Below are positions 29,890-38,561 of a stretch of 59,358 nucleotides of DNA, in pieces; position 1 is the first letter of the stretch; each line of letters opens with the position of its first letter. Origin of the DNA: a bacterium CG_4_10_14_0_2_um_filter_33_32. Its GTDB lineage: Bacteria > Patescibacteriota > CPR2_A > CG2-30-33-46. The notes beneath the pieces are model-generated. The model ran no database searches, was not told the DNA's origin, and was given only the letters and a program-made list of their open reading frames with translations. The stretch lies in assembly GCA_002792735.1 (NCBI GenBank), contig PFOW01000058.1, positions 1-59,358 on the forward strand, given 5' to 3'. The position numbers and the translations under genes were made by a program.

Positions 29890-30291
29890 CTATTTATTAT
29901 CCTGCCAGAATTTAAGTAAATCCTCCTTAGGTTTGTAGCCGACTAATCTTTTGTCATTGAGTATAAAAGTTGGAGTTCCTTCAACACTATATTGAGATAG
30001 TAGATTACGATTTTCACCAACATCCATGTATTTAAATTTAACACCTTCTTTTTCTAACTCTTGGACAATCGGCTTTTCTTTTTGGCACCAGCTGCAATAG
30101 TTAGAATAGAAAAATAATATTACGCCTTTTTCAGATGCAGTAGTAGCAGGAGGCTTTTTTTGTTGTGTTTCTTCCTTGGTATCGCCGGAATTATTTTTAT
30201 TCCACTCTTTTGCATTAGAGAAAAATGCTAGCGTAATTGAAGCGGCTATAAAGATAATTAATAATACAATAATTCCTAAATATTTTTTCAT
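29890..30291 (-). CDS. membrane-anchored thioredoxin-family protein
   Basis: Signal anchor, CSWC, GTPTF. Confidence 0.85.
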   Translation of the reverse strand: MKKYLGIIVLLIIFIAASITLAFFSNAKEWNKNNSGDTKEETQQKKPPATTASEKGVILFFYSNYCSWCQKEKPIVQELEKEGVKFKYMDVGENRNLLSQYSVEGTPTFILNDKRLVGYKPKEDLLKFWQDNK

Positions 30292-30306
30292 TTTTATATC
30301 TCCTTT

Positions 30307-33069
30307 TTAATGTTGGAACCCTTTTGTTTTATTTTTATCGCCCTTTATTATATTTTGCATATCTTTCCAGTTTTTGCCATAAGATATATCTACTCGAATA
30401 GGAACTTCTAGTTTAGGATACACTCCTTCCATGATTTTTTCCAGGAAAGACGCTACGGGTTCTATTTCATTATCAGGTATTTCAAACACCAATTCATCAT
30501 GGACCTGTAGAATCATTTTAGATTTTTGTGACAGTTCTGGCAACCTTTTTTCAATTTCTATCATTGCTATTTTAATGAAATCCGCAGCTGTTCCTTGCGC
30601 AGGGAAATTAATAGCCATACGCTCAGCCGCTGATCGGATTTGAAAATTAGAGGAATTTATTTCTGGTATATATCTTTTTCTTTTAAGTAATGTTTCTATG
30701 AAGCCTTTTTTTCTTGCTTCATCTGTAGTGTTGTTTATATATTCTAAGATGCCCGGATGTTTTAGATAGTATTTATTAATGTAATCTTGGGCTTCTTCTC
30801 TTGTCCACCCTAACTGTTCAGATAACCCATGTCCGCTTATACCATATACTATACCAAAGTTTACTGCCTTTGCGGCTCTCCGCATTTCATAGGTTACGTC
30901 ATTGAGTGGTATATCATTGACATCCGCAGCAGTTCTGGCATGAATATCTTCGTGTTTTTGAAATGCATCAATCATTTTTTTATCACCAGACAAATGAGCG
31001 ATTATCCTAAGTTCAATTTGGGAATAATCAGCAGAGATAAGCTTAAACCCTTCGTTAGCTATAAAGGCCTTTCTTATTTCTCTTCCTATTTCTGTTCTTA
31101 TGGGTATGTTTTGTAGATTAGGGTTTGATGAAGAAAGTCTCCCAGTTGATGTTATTGTTTGATTAAAACTTGTATGAACCCTTCCTGTTTTTGGATGAAT
31201 AAGATTGGGGAGTGTATCAATATAGGTATTTTTAAGTTTTACTAATTCTCTATATTCTAGAAGAATATTTATTACAGGGTGTGCATTTTTTAACTTTTCT
31301 AAAACAGGTGCTGCAGTTGAAAATCCCCCGGACTTAACTTTTTTTAATTCTTTTCTAACGATCGGATTTTCCGCTAGATCTAATTTTTCAAAAAGGATTT
31401 CTTTGAGTTGTTGGGGCGAGTTAATATTAAAATCATATCCTGATAATTTATGTATTTCATTTTTTAAATTGATTATCCTTTTTTCTAATTCCTTCGACAT
31501 TTTTTTAAGGAAATTAACATCTATTTTTACGCCGTTTTTTTCCATTTCAGCTAGAATCGATACTAAGGGTAGCTCAATATCCATGAAGAGGCTTAAGAGA
31601 TTTTCCGCTTTTAATAGTGGTTTAATTTTTTGATATAGCCTGAAAGTTATTACAGAATCTTCACAAGAATAAGTGGCTACTTTTTTTTCTGGCACCTCGC
31701 TTAAATTTTTTTGATTTTTACCTTTGCCGATTAAATCTTCTATAGATATTTTTTCATAATGAAGTTCAAGAAATGCAAGATCATCTAAATTAAATTTTCT
31801 ATCGCCTGGATGGAGCAAGTAATAACCAATCATAGTATCGAAAATGAAAGGGGACAAATTAATATTATAATTTTTAAGAATATTTAAATCGTATTTAAGG
31901 TTATGTCCTATTTTGCCGATGTTTTTTTCTTCGAGTACGGTTTTTAGCTCGCCTAAAAAATCCGTATTATTTTCATTTATAGGTATGTAAAAACCTTCAT
32001 TTTGGTCAAAACTTATTGATATTCCTATAAGCTTACCGTCTATCGAATCCAGTTTATCTGTCTCTGTGTCTACCACTATTTCGGTTTGTTTTTTAATATT
32101 ATTAATAAGTTTGATGAGTTCTGATTTTTCTCTTATTATGTTTACTTTAAAGTCTACGCTTTTCTTTTCATCATTATTCAATGATTTGGGTAGCTTAGGC
32201 AAAAGAGTTTTGAACTCAAATTTATTGAATATTTTTAATGCTTCTTCGCGCTTATAATTTACTAGTTCAGTTTTCTTTAAATCAAATTCAATTGGTATAT
32301 TAGTGACTATTTCTGCCAGTTTTTTACTCATTCTTGCTTTTTCTTCGTTTTCCTGCAGCTGTTGAAGCGTTTTAATTCTTACATCTTTAATCTCAGGATC
32401 ATCGTTGTTTATTTTTTTATATAGATTTTCAATATCGCCAAATTTTTTTATAAGATAAATTGCTGTTTTTTCACCAATTCCTGGCACACCGGGAATGTTA
32501 TCTGATGGGTCTCCTCTTAAAGCCTTGTAATCTACTACTTGTTTCGGAGTTAATCCTCCAAATTTTTCAGCAACCATTTTTTTATCGTATATAACAGTAT
32601 CAGTGAAACCTTTCCGCATGGTATAAACAACTGTATTATCTGAAACTAGCTGAACTTCGTCTAGATCTCCAGTGACAACTATCGCTTGGACACCTTCTTC
32701 TTTAGCTTTTTTTGCGATGGTGCCTATGATATCATCGGCTTCGTAGCCCGGTTTTTCGAATATTGGGATATTCATACTATTAATAACTTCTTTTACTTTT
32801 GGAAATTGTTCAACAAGTTCATCGGCAGCTTTTTGTCTTGTTGCCTTATATTCTTTGTATTCTTTATGTCTAAAGGTTGGTTCTGGGGTATCAAAGGCAA
32901 CAGCTACATGTTCCGGTTTTAATTCGTTAATCGCTTTCAAAAGAATTACAGAAAATCCGTAAACAGCACTAATCATTTCTCCTGTTTTTAAAGTTAGGGG
33001 AGGTAAAGCGTGAAATGCCCTGTGTATTAGGGCATTAGCATCAATAATTAATAGCTTTTCTTTTTTCAT
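30307..33069 (-). CDS. polA: DNA polymerase I
   Basis: 5'-3' exonuclease (GYEADD, GDPSDNIPGV), 3'-5' exonuclease (DTETD, HNLKYD), polymerase (DYSQIELR, QVHDEL). Confidence 0.98.
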   Translation of the reverse strand: MKKEKLLIIDANALIHRAFHALPPLTLKTGEMISAVYGFSVILLKAINELKPEHVAVAFDTPEPTFRHKEYKEYKATRQKAADELVEQFPKVKEVINSMNIPIFEKPGYEADDIIGTIAKKAKEEGVQAIVVTGDLDEVQLVSDNTVVYTMRKGFTDTVIYDKKMVAEKFGGLTPKQVVDYKALRGDPSDNIPGVPGIGEKTAIYLIKKFGDIENLYKKINNDDPEIKDVRIKTLQQLQENEEKARMSKKLAEIVTNIPIEFDLKKTELVNYKREEALKIFNKFEFKTLLPKLPKSLNNDEKKSVDFKVNIIREKSELIKLINNIKKQTEIVVDTETDKLDSIDGKLIGISISFDQNEGFYIPINENNTDFLGELKTVLEEKNIGKIGHNLKYDLNILKNYNINLSPFIFDTMIGYYLLHPGDRKFNLDDLAFLELHYEKISIEDLIGKGKNQKNLSEVPEKKVATYSCEDSVITFRLYQKIKPLLKAENLLSLFMDIELPLVSILAEMEKNGVKIDVNFLKKMSKELEKRIINLKNEIHKLSGYDFNINSPQQLKEILFEKLDLAENPIVRKELKKVKSGGFSTAAPVLEKLKNAHPVINILLEYRELVKLKNTYIDTLPNLIHPKTGRVHTSFNQTITSTGRLSSSNPNLQNIPIRTEIGREIRKAFIANEGFKLISADYSQIELRIIAHLSGDKKMIDAFQKHEDIHARTAADVNDIPLNDVTYEMRRAAKAVNFGIVYGISGHGLSEQLGWTREEAQDYINKYYLKHPGILEYINNTTDEARKKGFIETLLKRKRYIPEINSSNFQIRSAAERMAINFPAQGTAADFIKIAMIEIEKRLPELSQKSKMILQVHDELVFEIPDNEIEPVASFLEKIMEGVYPKLEVPIRVDISYGKNWKDMQNIIKGDKNKTKGFQH

Positions 33070-33347
33070 TTTATCTTTTCGGATCCTTTTTATCGCTAAA
33101 ACTAGATCTAAATTTTATATATACATTTTAACCTAAAATCGAGGATAATTCTATTTACACCGTTATTAACTCTGAGGAAATATTTTCATTAGAAATAATG
33201 TTAGCTGTAAGGTGATATTATTATAAGAATTTAGTATTTTAAGAAAATATATCTTGAAGTTAATGCGGGGTTTGTTAAGAAAGGTTTCTAAAATTGACTT
33301 TTTAGTTGGGGGGGGATAATAAAGAAAATTAAAATGAAAGGTAAAAA

Positions 33348-33914
33348 ATGCAAAAAAGAACTTCCGTGATTATCCTTGGAGTACTTCTTTTAGTATTTGT
33401 TTTTACTTCCATCAAGGCAGTAGGTACTATCCCAAGTTCTTATAGTCAAGATGCTCGTGATCTTCTGAGTATGCTCTGGGGCAAGCTAGACCAGGTCATT
33501 ATCTCCAATTACAATGTCTCTATGGATTTGAGGTATCATGACCATCAAGGAAGCTTGGCTAATGGATCTTTCAAAACAAAAGGGTTACCGCTTGACGGCA
33601 GTAAAGCTCTTCAAGACTTCTCGGTTACAGAATCAAAATTAGCTACCGGGTCTGTAAATTCTAGAGTGCTGGATACTTGTCCAATAACAATTACCGTATC
33701 AGCTGGAACTAGTAGTGCTTTAGATGATCCATCTGATGATTGTTCTGATTTTGGAACATTGGGATATTATCAAATATTAGGATACTATCCTGCTGGCAAT
33801 CAAGATCAATTCGTTGATAGTATTGCAATTAATGCAGAACAAGTAGAAGTTAATCTGGCTGGCAATGCCGTAGCGGATAATGTTTTTACGGTTGTTCTTT
33901 TGGATATTTATTAA
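33348..33914 (+). CDS. hypothetical secreted protein
   Basis: Signal-peptide-like N-terminus; SVTESKLATGSVNS segment; own terminator. Confidence 0.7.
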   Translation: MQKRTSVIILGVLLLVFVFTSIKAVGTIPSSYSQDARDLLSMLWGKLDQVIISNYNVSMDLRYHDHQGSLANGSFKTKGLPLDGSKALQDFSVTESKLATGSVNSRVLDTCPITITVSAGTSSALDDPSDDCSDFGTLGYYQILGYYPAGNQDQFVDSIAINAEQVEVNLAGNAVADNVFTVVLLDIY

Positions 33915-33959
33915 TTATAAGCTAAAGTTTTTGAGCGAGTGATGTGTTATTTGTTTACT

Positions 33960-33985
33960 AAAAAACTGCCTTTTGGCAGTTTTTT
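33960..33985. terminator. bidirectional intrinsic terminator
   Basis: AAAAAACTGCC-TTTT-GGCAGTTTTTT between convergent genes. Confidence 0.85.
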
Positions 33986-34079
33986 AAACCTGACTTTTTA
34001 AAGAGTGCTAGGACGAACCTAAGTTCCTTTCTTGCCAAGCCCCTAGCTTTAAAAATAAAAAAGCGGTATAAGCTTTTGT

Positions 34080-35807
34080 TTATACCGCAGTGAATCTTTT
34101 TATTCTTTTTTGAATATCTTGTGTTGTTGGTATTTTGTTTGGAAGGTTGTATATTTTTTCTAATTCTTGTTTGATTGCTTCTTCTATATATTCTATCGCT
34201 TTTTCTGTATCCAGATGTGCGCCTCCTTCGGGCTCGTTAATAATTCCGTCTATATAATGTTTATCTAATAGTTGTTTCGAGGTAATTTCTGAATTATTTG
34301 CAGCAATCTCCAAACTATTTTTTTCGTCAGGATAAAGTATACTGGCTTTTGCTTCGCAGGCTGCGATAGCCGCATATGCATATTTTTGCATAAGAATTTT
34401 ATCTGCACATGCTAGAGCAATATAACCACCACTGCCGCCTTCCCCGATATTTATAGCTACAGTCCAAGTCTTTAAATTCAAAATTGTTTTCATCGTTTCA
34501 TTGAGTTCATAGGCAATATTTCCTCGCTCAGATACAGGATCCATTCTTGCTCCAGAAGTATCCAGTATAAACACAACCGGCAATTTAGCTTTTTCGGCAA
34601 ATCTTATGATTCTTCTTGCTTTTCTATATTCAGTCGGGCCTGGCATGCCATTATTATAGAAAATCTTTTGGCCAGAGAATAAAGCATCCCCTTTTTCAAT
34701 AAATTTGCCTTTTTCTATGCCTATTACTATGAGTGGTTTTTTATCAATAAGGGCCAGCCCTGCTATTATCGTTGGTCCATCGCCAGATATTCTGTCTCCT
34801 TTTAACTCAACAAATTGATCAAAGATTTTAAGATAATCAATACAGGTGGGTCTTTTGTAGTGCTTAGCTATTCCTAGGATGTTAAACGCATTCATATAGT
34901 TGTTGTTAATTTCTGTTTTTATCGCGCTATGATTAGATATTTTTGCTCCTATTGCTATATCAGGCGGTTGGAATTTAATCTTTTGGCACTCAGAATAATT
35001 TTTCGAATCAAGACAGTTTAAGATATTAAGCAATATTGTTTTGATATCTTTTCTTTCGGCTATCATATCAACCTTACCGGATTTTAATGCTTCTTCTTCT
35101 GTTTGGAACTTGTCAGGTATAGGAATACTTTTTTTTATTATATTTTTTCCGGTAAATCCGAAGATTGATTCTTTTTCCGCAATGATTATATCTCCTTGAA
35201 CAAAACTGACTGAAGTCCCACCTAAAACTGTTCCCGAAAGGATACTGATATAAGGCATATTTAATTCTGAAAGGTAGTAAGTTATTTTTGGCATCTGATA
35301 AAGCGATTCTATATCGAGATACATATTCATTCCATAAGAAGTCCATATGCTAATAAGGGGTAGCTTGTTATTTTTTGCAATCTGGATAGCTCTGGCAAAC
35401 TTCTCTCCTTCAACAGGTCCTATCGTTCCATTAAAGAAATCAAAGTTAAGAATGGTTAATACAACTGGATGATAATCTATGTTGGTACGCATCGTAATTA
35501 AGCCATCTTTAAATCCTGATTTTTTTTTGCTTTCATGTAACTTTTTCTTAAAGCGTGGGTGTTTTGAATGGAGTTCATCTTTTATTTCTTTGTGATGTAT
35601 TATTTGTTTTACTGATATCTTACCTGTTAAATAATAAATCCAGTCCATTGCTGTAAAAGGTAGATAACAGTTACAATGAGGGCATACTTTTAAATTTTCC
35701 GCTAAATCGCTTGTTCTATGGCAGTTAGGGCATTCTTTGGATTTTAAATACTTATCATAGTAATGTTTAATCGGTAATTTAAAATAACCTATCGATCTAT
35801 CAGGCAT
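34080..35807 (-). CDS. fused acyl-CoA carboxylase carboxyltransferase beta+alpha (AccD-AccA)
   Basis: CPNC..CPHC zinc finger, FDFFNGTIG..GEK (AccD half); RPTCIDY, ELKGDR, GMPGP..YRKA, GEGGSGG (AccA half). Confidence 0.88.
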   Translation of the reverse strand: MPDRSIGYFKLPIKHYYDKYLKSKECPNCHRTSDLAENLKVCPHCNCYLPFTAMDWIYYLTGKISVKQIIHHKEIKDELHSKHPRFKKKLHESKKKSGFKDGLITMRTNIDYHPVVLTILNFDFFNGTIGPVEGEKFARAIQIAKNNKLPLISIWTSYGMNMYLDIESLYQMPKITYYLSELNMPYISILSGTVLGGTSVSFVQGDIIIAEKESIFGFTGKNIIKKSIPIPDKFQTEEEALKSGKVDMIAERKDIKTILLNILNCLDSKNYSECQKIKFQPPDIAIGAKISNHSAIKTEINNNYMNAFNILGIAKHYKRPTCIDYLKIFDQFVELKGDRISGDGPTIIAGLALIDKKPLIVIGIEKGKFIEKGDALFSGQKIFYNNGMPGPTEYRKARRIIRFAEKAKLPVVFILDTSGARMDPVSERGNIAYELNETMKTILNLKTWTVAINIGEGGSGGYIALACADKILMQKYAYAAIAACEAKASILYPDEKNSLEIAANNSEITSKQLLDKHYIDGIINEPEGGAHLDTEKAIEYIEEAIKQELEKIYNLPNKIPTTQDIQKRIKRFTAV

Positions 35808-35880
35808 TACAAACCAACTCCTAATTTGTTAAAGAACTAGTTAGAAGTTTTAATATATCACGAGTAAGGCAAGAGTCAAA

Positions 35881-36018
35881 TTATTTTAAGAAGGCTAACG
35901 CAAGACCTGCTACTAGTGCCATAATAGCAAGACAAATTAAAATAGCCGCGTTTGTTGTAACTTGAAGCTTAAGCTTCTCACATATTTTGTTTTCTTGTTC
36001 TTTTATTCTATCTTTCAT
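35881..36018 (-). CDS. small protein with C-terminal TM helix, 45 aa (not in ORF track)
   Basis: MKDRIKEQENKICEKLKLQVTTNAAILICLAIMALVAGLALAFLK; fills the gap upstream of accDA. Confidence 0.55.
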   Translation of the reverse strand: MKDRIKEQENKICEKLKLQVTTNAAILICLAIMALVAGLALAFLK

Positions 36019-36064
36019 AAAAATGAAAATTTACATTCTTTAAAAGAAATTATAACATAACGAT

Positions 36065-37126
36065 ATGAGAATATTAGGAATTGAAACAAGTTGTGATGAT
36101 ACTTCAAGCGCTGTCATTGAGGCTCAAAAAGAGAAGATAAAATCTTTATCTAGCATTGTTTCTTCACAAAATAAGCTTCATGAGATATATGGTGGTATAG
36201 TTCCAGAAGTGGCCTCTCGCGCCCATATAGAGACTATTATTCCAGCCATTAAAGAATCGTTAAAAAGATCCAAGTCTTCTTTGAAGAATATAGATTTGAT
36301 CTCGGTAACCCGTGGTCCTGGTTTGGTTGGATCTTTATTAATTGGCATAAATACTGCAAAGACGATATCCTTTGTTAATAATTTGCCAATAGTATGCGTA
36401 AATCATCTAGAAGGGCATATCTATGCTAATTTTGTTGACCAAAAAGAGAGAATAGAGTTTCCGTTGATTGTACTTATAGTATCCGGCGGTCATACAATGT
36501 TGGTTTATATGAAAGACCATTTGAAATATAAGATATTAGGACAAACTAAAGATGATGCTGCAGGGGAAGCTTTTGATAAAGTTGCCAGGGCATTGGGCTT
36601 GGGTTATCCTGGGGGGGCAATAATAGAGAAAATATCGAAAGAAGGTGATCCTGAAAAATTTAAGTTTCCAAAAGCAGAAATGGAAAGCAAAATCATTAGA
36701 TTAGAAAGCGGCTATCTTAAAAAATTGCCACCTAATTTAGATTTTAGTTTTTCTGGCTTGAAAACAGCGGTTATAAATGAAGTTAGGAAACATAAAACAA
36801 AGAATAAAAGTTTTATTGCAGATATTGTTGCAAGTTTTCAGAAAACATCTGTTGATATTTTAGTAGCAAAAACAATTTGGGCAGCAGAAAGAAAAAAGGT
36901 AAAAACGGTTTTAATATCCGGAGGAGTTGCGGCCAATGCTATATTAAGAAAAGAATTGCAAAAAAAGTGTCAAATTCAAGGTTTTAATTTTTTTGCGCCT
37001 CCTAAAAATCTTTGTACTGATAATGCGGCAATGATTGCGGCTGCCGGATATTTCAAATATAAAAATAAAGGTCCCGATCTATTAGAAAAAATAAAAGTTA
37101 ATCCAAATTTAAAGCTCGGTAAATAA
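36065..37126 (+). CDS. tsaD: tRNA t6A37 synthase subunit TsaD
   Basis: LGIETSCDDT, GGIVPEVASRAH, NHLEGH, DDAAGEAFDK, TDNAAMI. Confidence 0.97.
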   Translation: MRILGIETSCDDTSSAVIEAQKEKIKSLSSIVSSQNKLHEIYGGIVPEVASRAHIETIIPAIKESLKRSKSSLKNIDLISVTRGPGLVGSLLIGINTAKTISFVNNLPIVCVNHLEGHIYANFVDQKERIEFPLIVLIVSGGHTMLVYMKDHLKYKILGQTKDDAAGEAFDKVARALGLGYPGGAIIEKISKEGDPEKFKFPKAEMESKIIRLESGYLKKLPPNLDFSFSGLKTAVINEVRKHKTKNKSFIADIVASFQKTSVDILVAKTIWAAERKKVKTVLISGGVAANAILRKELQKKCQIQGFNFFAPPKNLCTDNAAMIAAAGYFKYKNKGPDLLEKIKVNPNLKLGK

Positions 37127-37145
37127 AAGCAAATTTAATCTTTTA

Positions 37146-37174
37146 TTGACCTTATTTTGAACAAGGTTTAAAAT
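37146..37174 (+). promoter_or_regulatory. promoter of the T-box leader
   Basis: TTGACC-N17-TAAAAT. Confidence 0.7.
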
Positions 37175-37189
37175 ATAATTAAATCGATA

Positions 37190-37330
37190 AAGCGATGAAG
37201 GAGACTAACTAACTCCAGAGCTTCGGCTGGTTCGGCCGTTATCGAATCAAAAGAGCGCTCTGATGTATATCAGAGAAATTGGGTGGAACCGCCCACAAGG
37301 GTCCCAATGCGTATAGCATTGGATTTTTTA
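37190..37330 (+). promoter_or_regulatory. T-box riboswitch (Thr), ultrashort Stem I, transcription-attenuator type
   Basis: GCGATGA/AGAGC GA motif, ACT in the Stem I loop, CCGTTA box, antiterminator TTGGG-TGGAACC-GC..GT-CCCAA, terminator CCAATGC/GCATTGG plus T6; thrS downstream. Confidence 0.85.
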
Positions 37331-37353
37331 TTTAACAGGGTGAAGGAGAAAGG

Positions 37354-37944
37354 ATGGAAGAAGTTTTTAAAATTTCATTTGAGCAAAAGTTTGATCGTAA
37401 AGATTGGTCAGTAGTAATTAATTGTGGGGAGAAAATCAAGCTTCCTGATGGAACATTCTTGAATAATTTCGAATCAGGATTATTTAAGAATACGAAATTT
37501 TCTGCTGATAAGTTATTAGTTTTTGAGGTTGGAGATAATTTTGAAGTAAGCCAAGCAATTGCCAATTATTGCAAAGAAAATTGGACTCAAGTTTCTGAAT
37601 TATATCCTGAAATCGAGGAATTTAAGGGAACTGAATTTTATCGATCACCAAAAATAAAACTTAATAACCTTGAATTTAATTTTTGGTACTGTAAAGAAGA
37701 TTTTTCTTGCAGAATTCATAAAGATCACGACTTTTTCGAGGTTCATATTCAGATATTAGGTCAAGGAGAAATGCAGAAATTTTTCCAGAACGATGAAAAT
37801 ACTATGTATTATCGGGATATTCTATCGTCTGGGCAAACCCATAACCCCTTTTATGATATAAACTGTAAGTATCCATGGCATAGATATTATTCTAATTCTA
37901 AATGTATTTGGTTAGCTATCGAAAGCAAAGTAATTATTCCATAA
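37354..37944 (+). CDS. hypothetical protein with C-terminal cupin-like domain
   Basis: CRIHKDHDFFEVHIQILG..THNPF..YPWH His-rich cupin pattern. Confidence 0.65.
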   Translation: MEEVFKISFEQKFDRKDWSVVINCGEKIKLPDGTFLNNFESGLFKNTKFSADKLLVFEVGDNFEVSQAIANYCKENWTQVSELYPEIEEFKGTEFYRSPKIKLNNLEFNFWYCKEDFSCRIHKDHDFFEVHIQILGQGEMQKFFQNDENTMYYRDILSSGQTHNPFYDINCKYPWHRYYSNSKCIWLAIESKVIIP

Positions 37945-37951
37945 AATTATT

Positions 37952-38473
37952 ATGAGAGATGATATTATCCAAAAAGCAATAAGTAAATTTTATGAAATAA
38001 GAGATATACCTTATCATATTTCTGTTAGTGACCAAGAGGAATACAATGATTGTGAAGGAAAGAATAAAAAACTAGCTAAAGCGTTAGAGGATTTGGGTTA
38101 TAAAGTTAGATTTAGAGTTGGTTTATTTTACTGGAATGTTGTAAAACTGCCAAAAGAGATATTAGAAATACCTCATAATGAAGATTGCTCACACTTTTTT
38201 ATAGAAGTAACGCTTCCTGATAAAAACGAATGGGTTTTTGTGGATGCTACTTGGAATAAAGAACTTAAAAATGCCGGATTTATAGTAGCTGAATGGGATG
38301 GAGTAAATCAAACAGAATTAGCTTTTGAATGTTATGAAGTATTAGGATCTGAAGATTCAAGACGCTACTTAGAAAATATTAATTATGAAAAAGATCTGAA
38401 AACAAATGGTAAGTTTTACGAAGCTATAAATAAGTATTGCGACAGCTTTTTAAAGCCTCACAAAAATGAATAA
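37952..38473 (+). CDS. transglutaminase-like (Cys-His-Asp) protein
   Basis: DCEGK, HFFIEV, WVFVDATW. Confidence 0.7.
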   Translation: MRDDIIQKAISKFYEIRDIPYHISVSDQEEYNDCEGKNKKLAKALEDLGYKVRFRVGLFYWNVVKLPKEILEIPHNEDCSHFFIEVTLPDKNEWVFVDATWNKELKNAGFIVAEWDGVNQTELAFECYEVLGSEDSRRYLENINYEKDLKTNGKFYEAINKYCDSFLKPHKNE

Positions 38474-38483
38474 TAAATTAAAA

Positions 38484-38554
38484 GCCCGCCCTCACTTTCA
38501 GTTTTTGGCGGGCCTCAGCCTCTACAAAGAATGAATATTTCGAGGCTTTGGGAG
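38484..38554 (+). repeat. structured two-hairpin leader element, copy 3 (before thrS)
   Basis: GCCCGCC..GGCGGGC and AGCCTC..GAGGCT stems ending in GGAG. Confidence 0.88.
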
Positions 38555-38561
38555 AATAACC

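Noticed and set aside
34007..34047. GCTAGG..CCTAGC hairpin between convergent genes as a possible small RNA or ribozyme
   Set aside because: Single copy, and no recognisable catalytic or riboswitch core.
36611..36617. G7 run in tsaD as a phase-variation tract
   Set aside because: It encodes the conserved YPGG motif of an intact essential gene.
8337..38554. The three repeats as a CRISPR array or IS ends
   Set aside because: They are dispersed kilobases apart, with no spacers, cas genes, transposase or target duplications.
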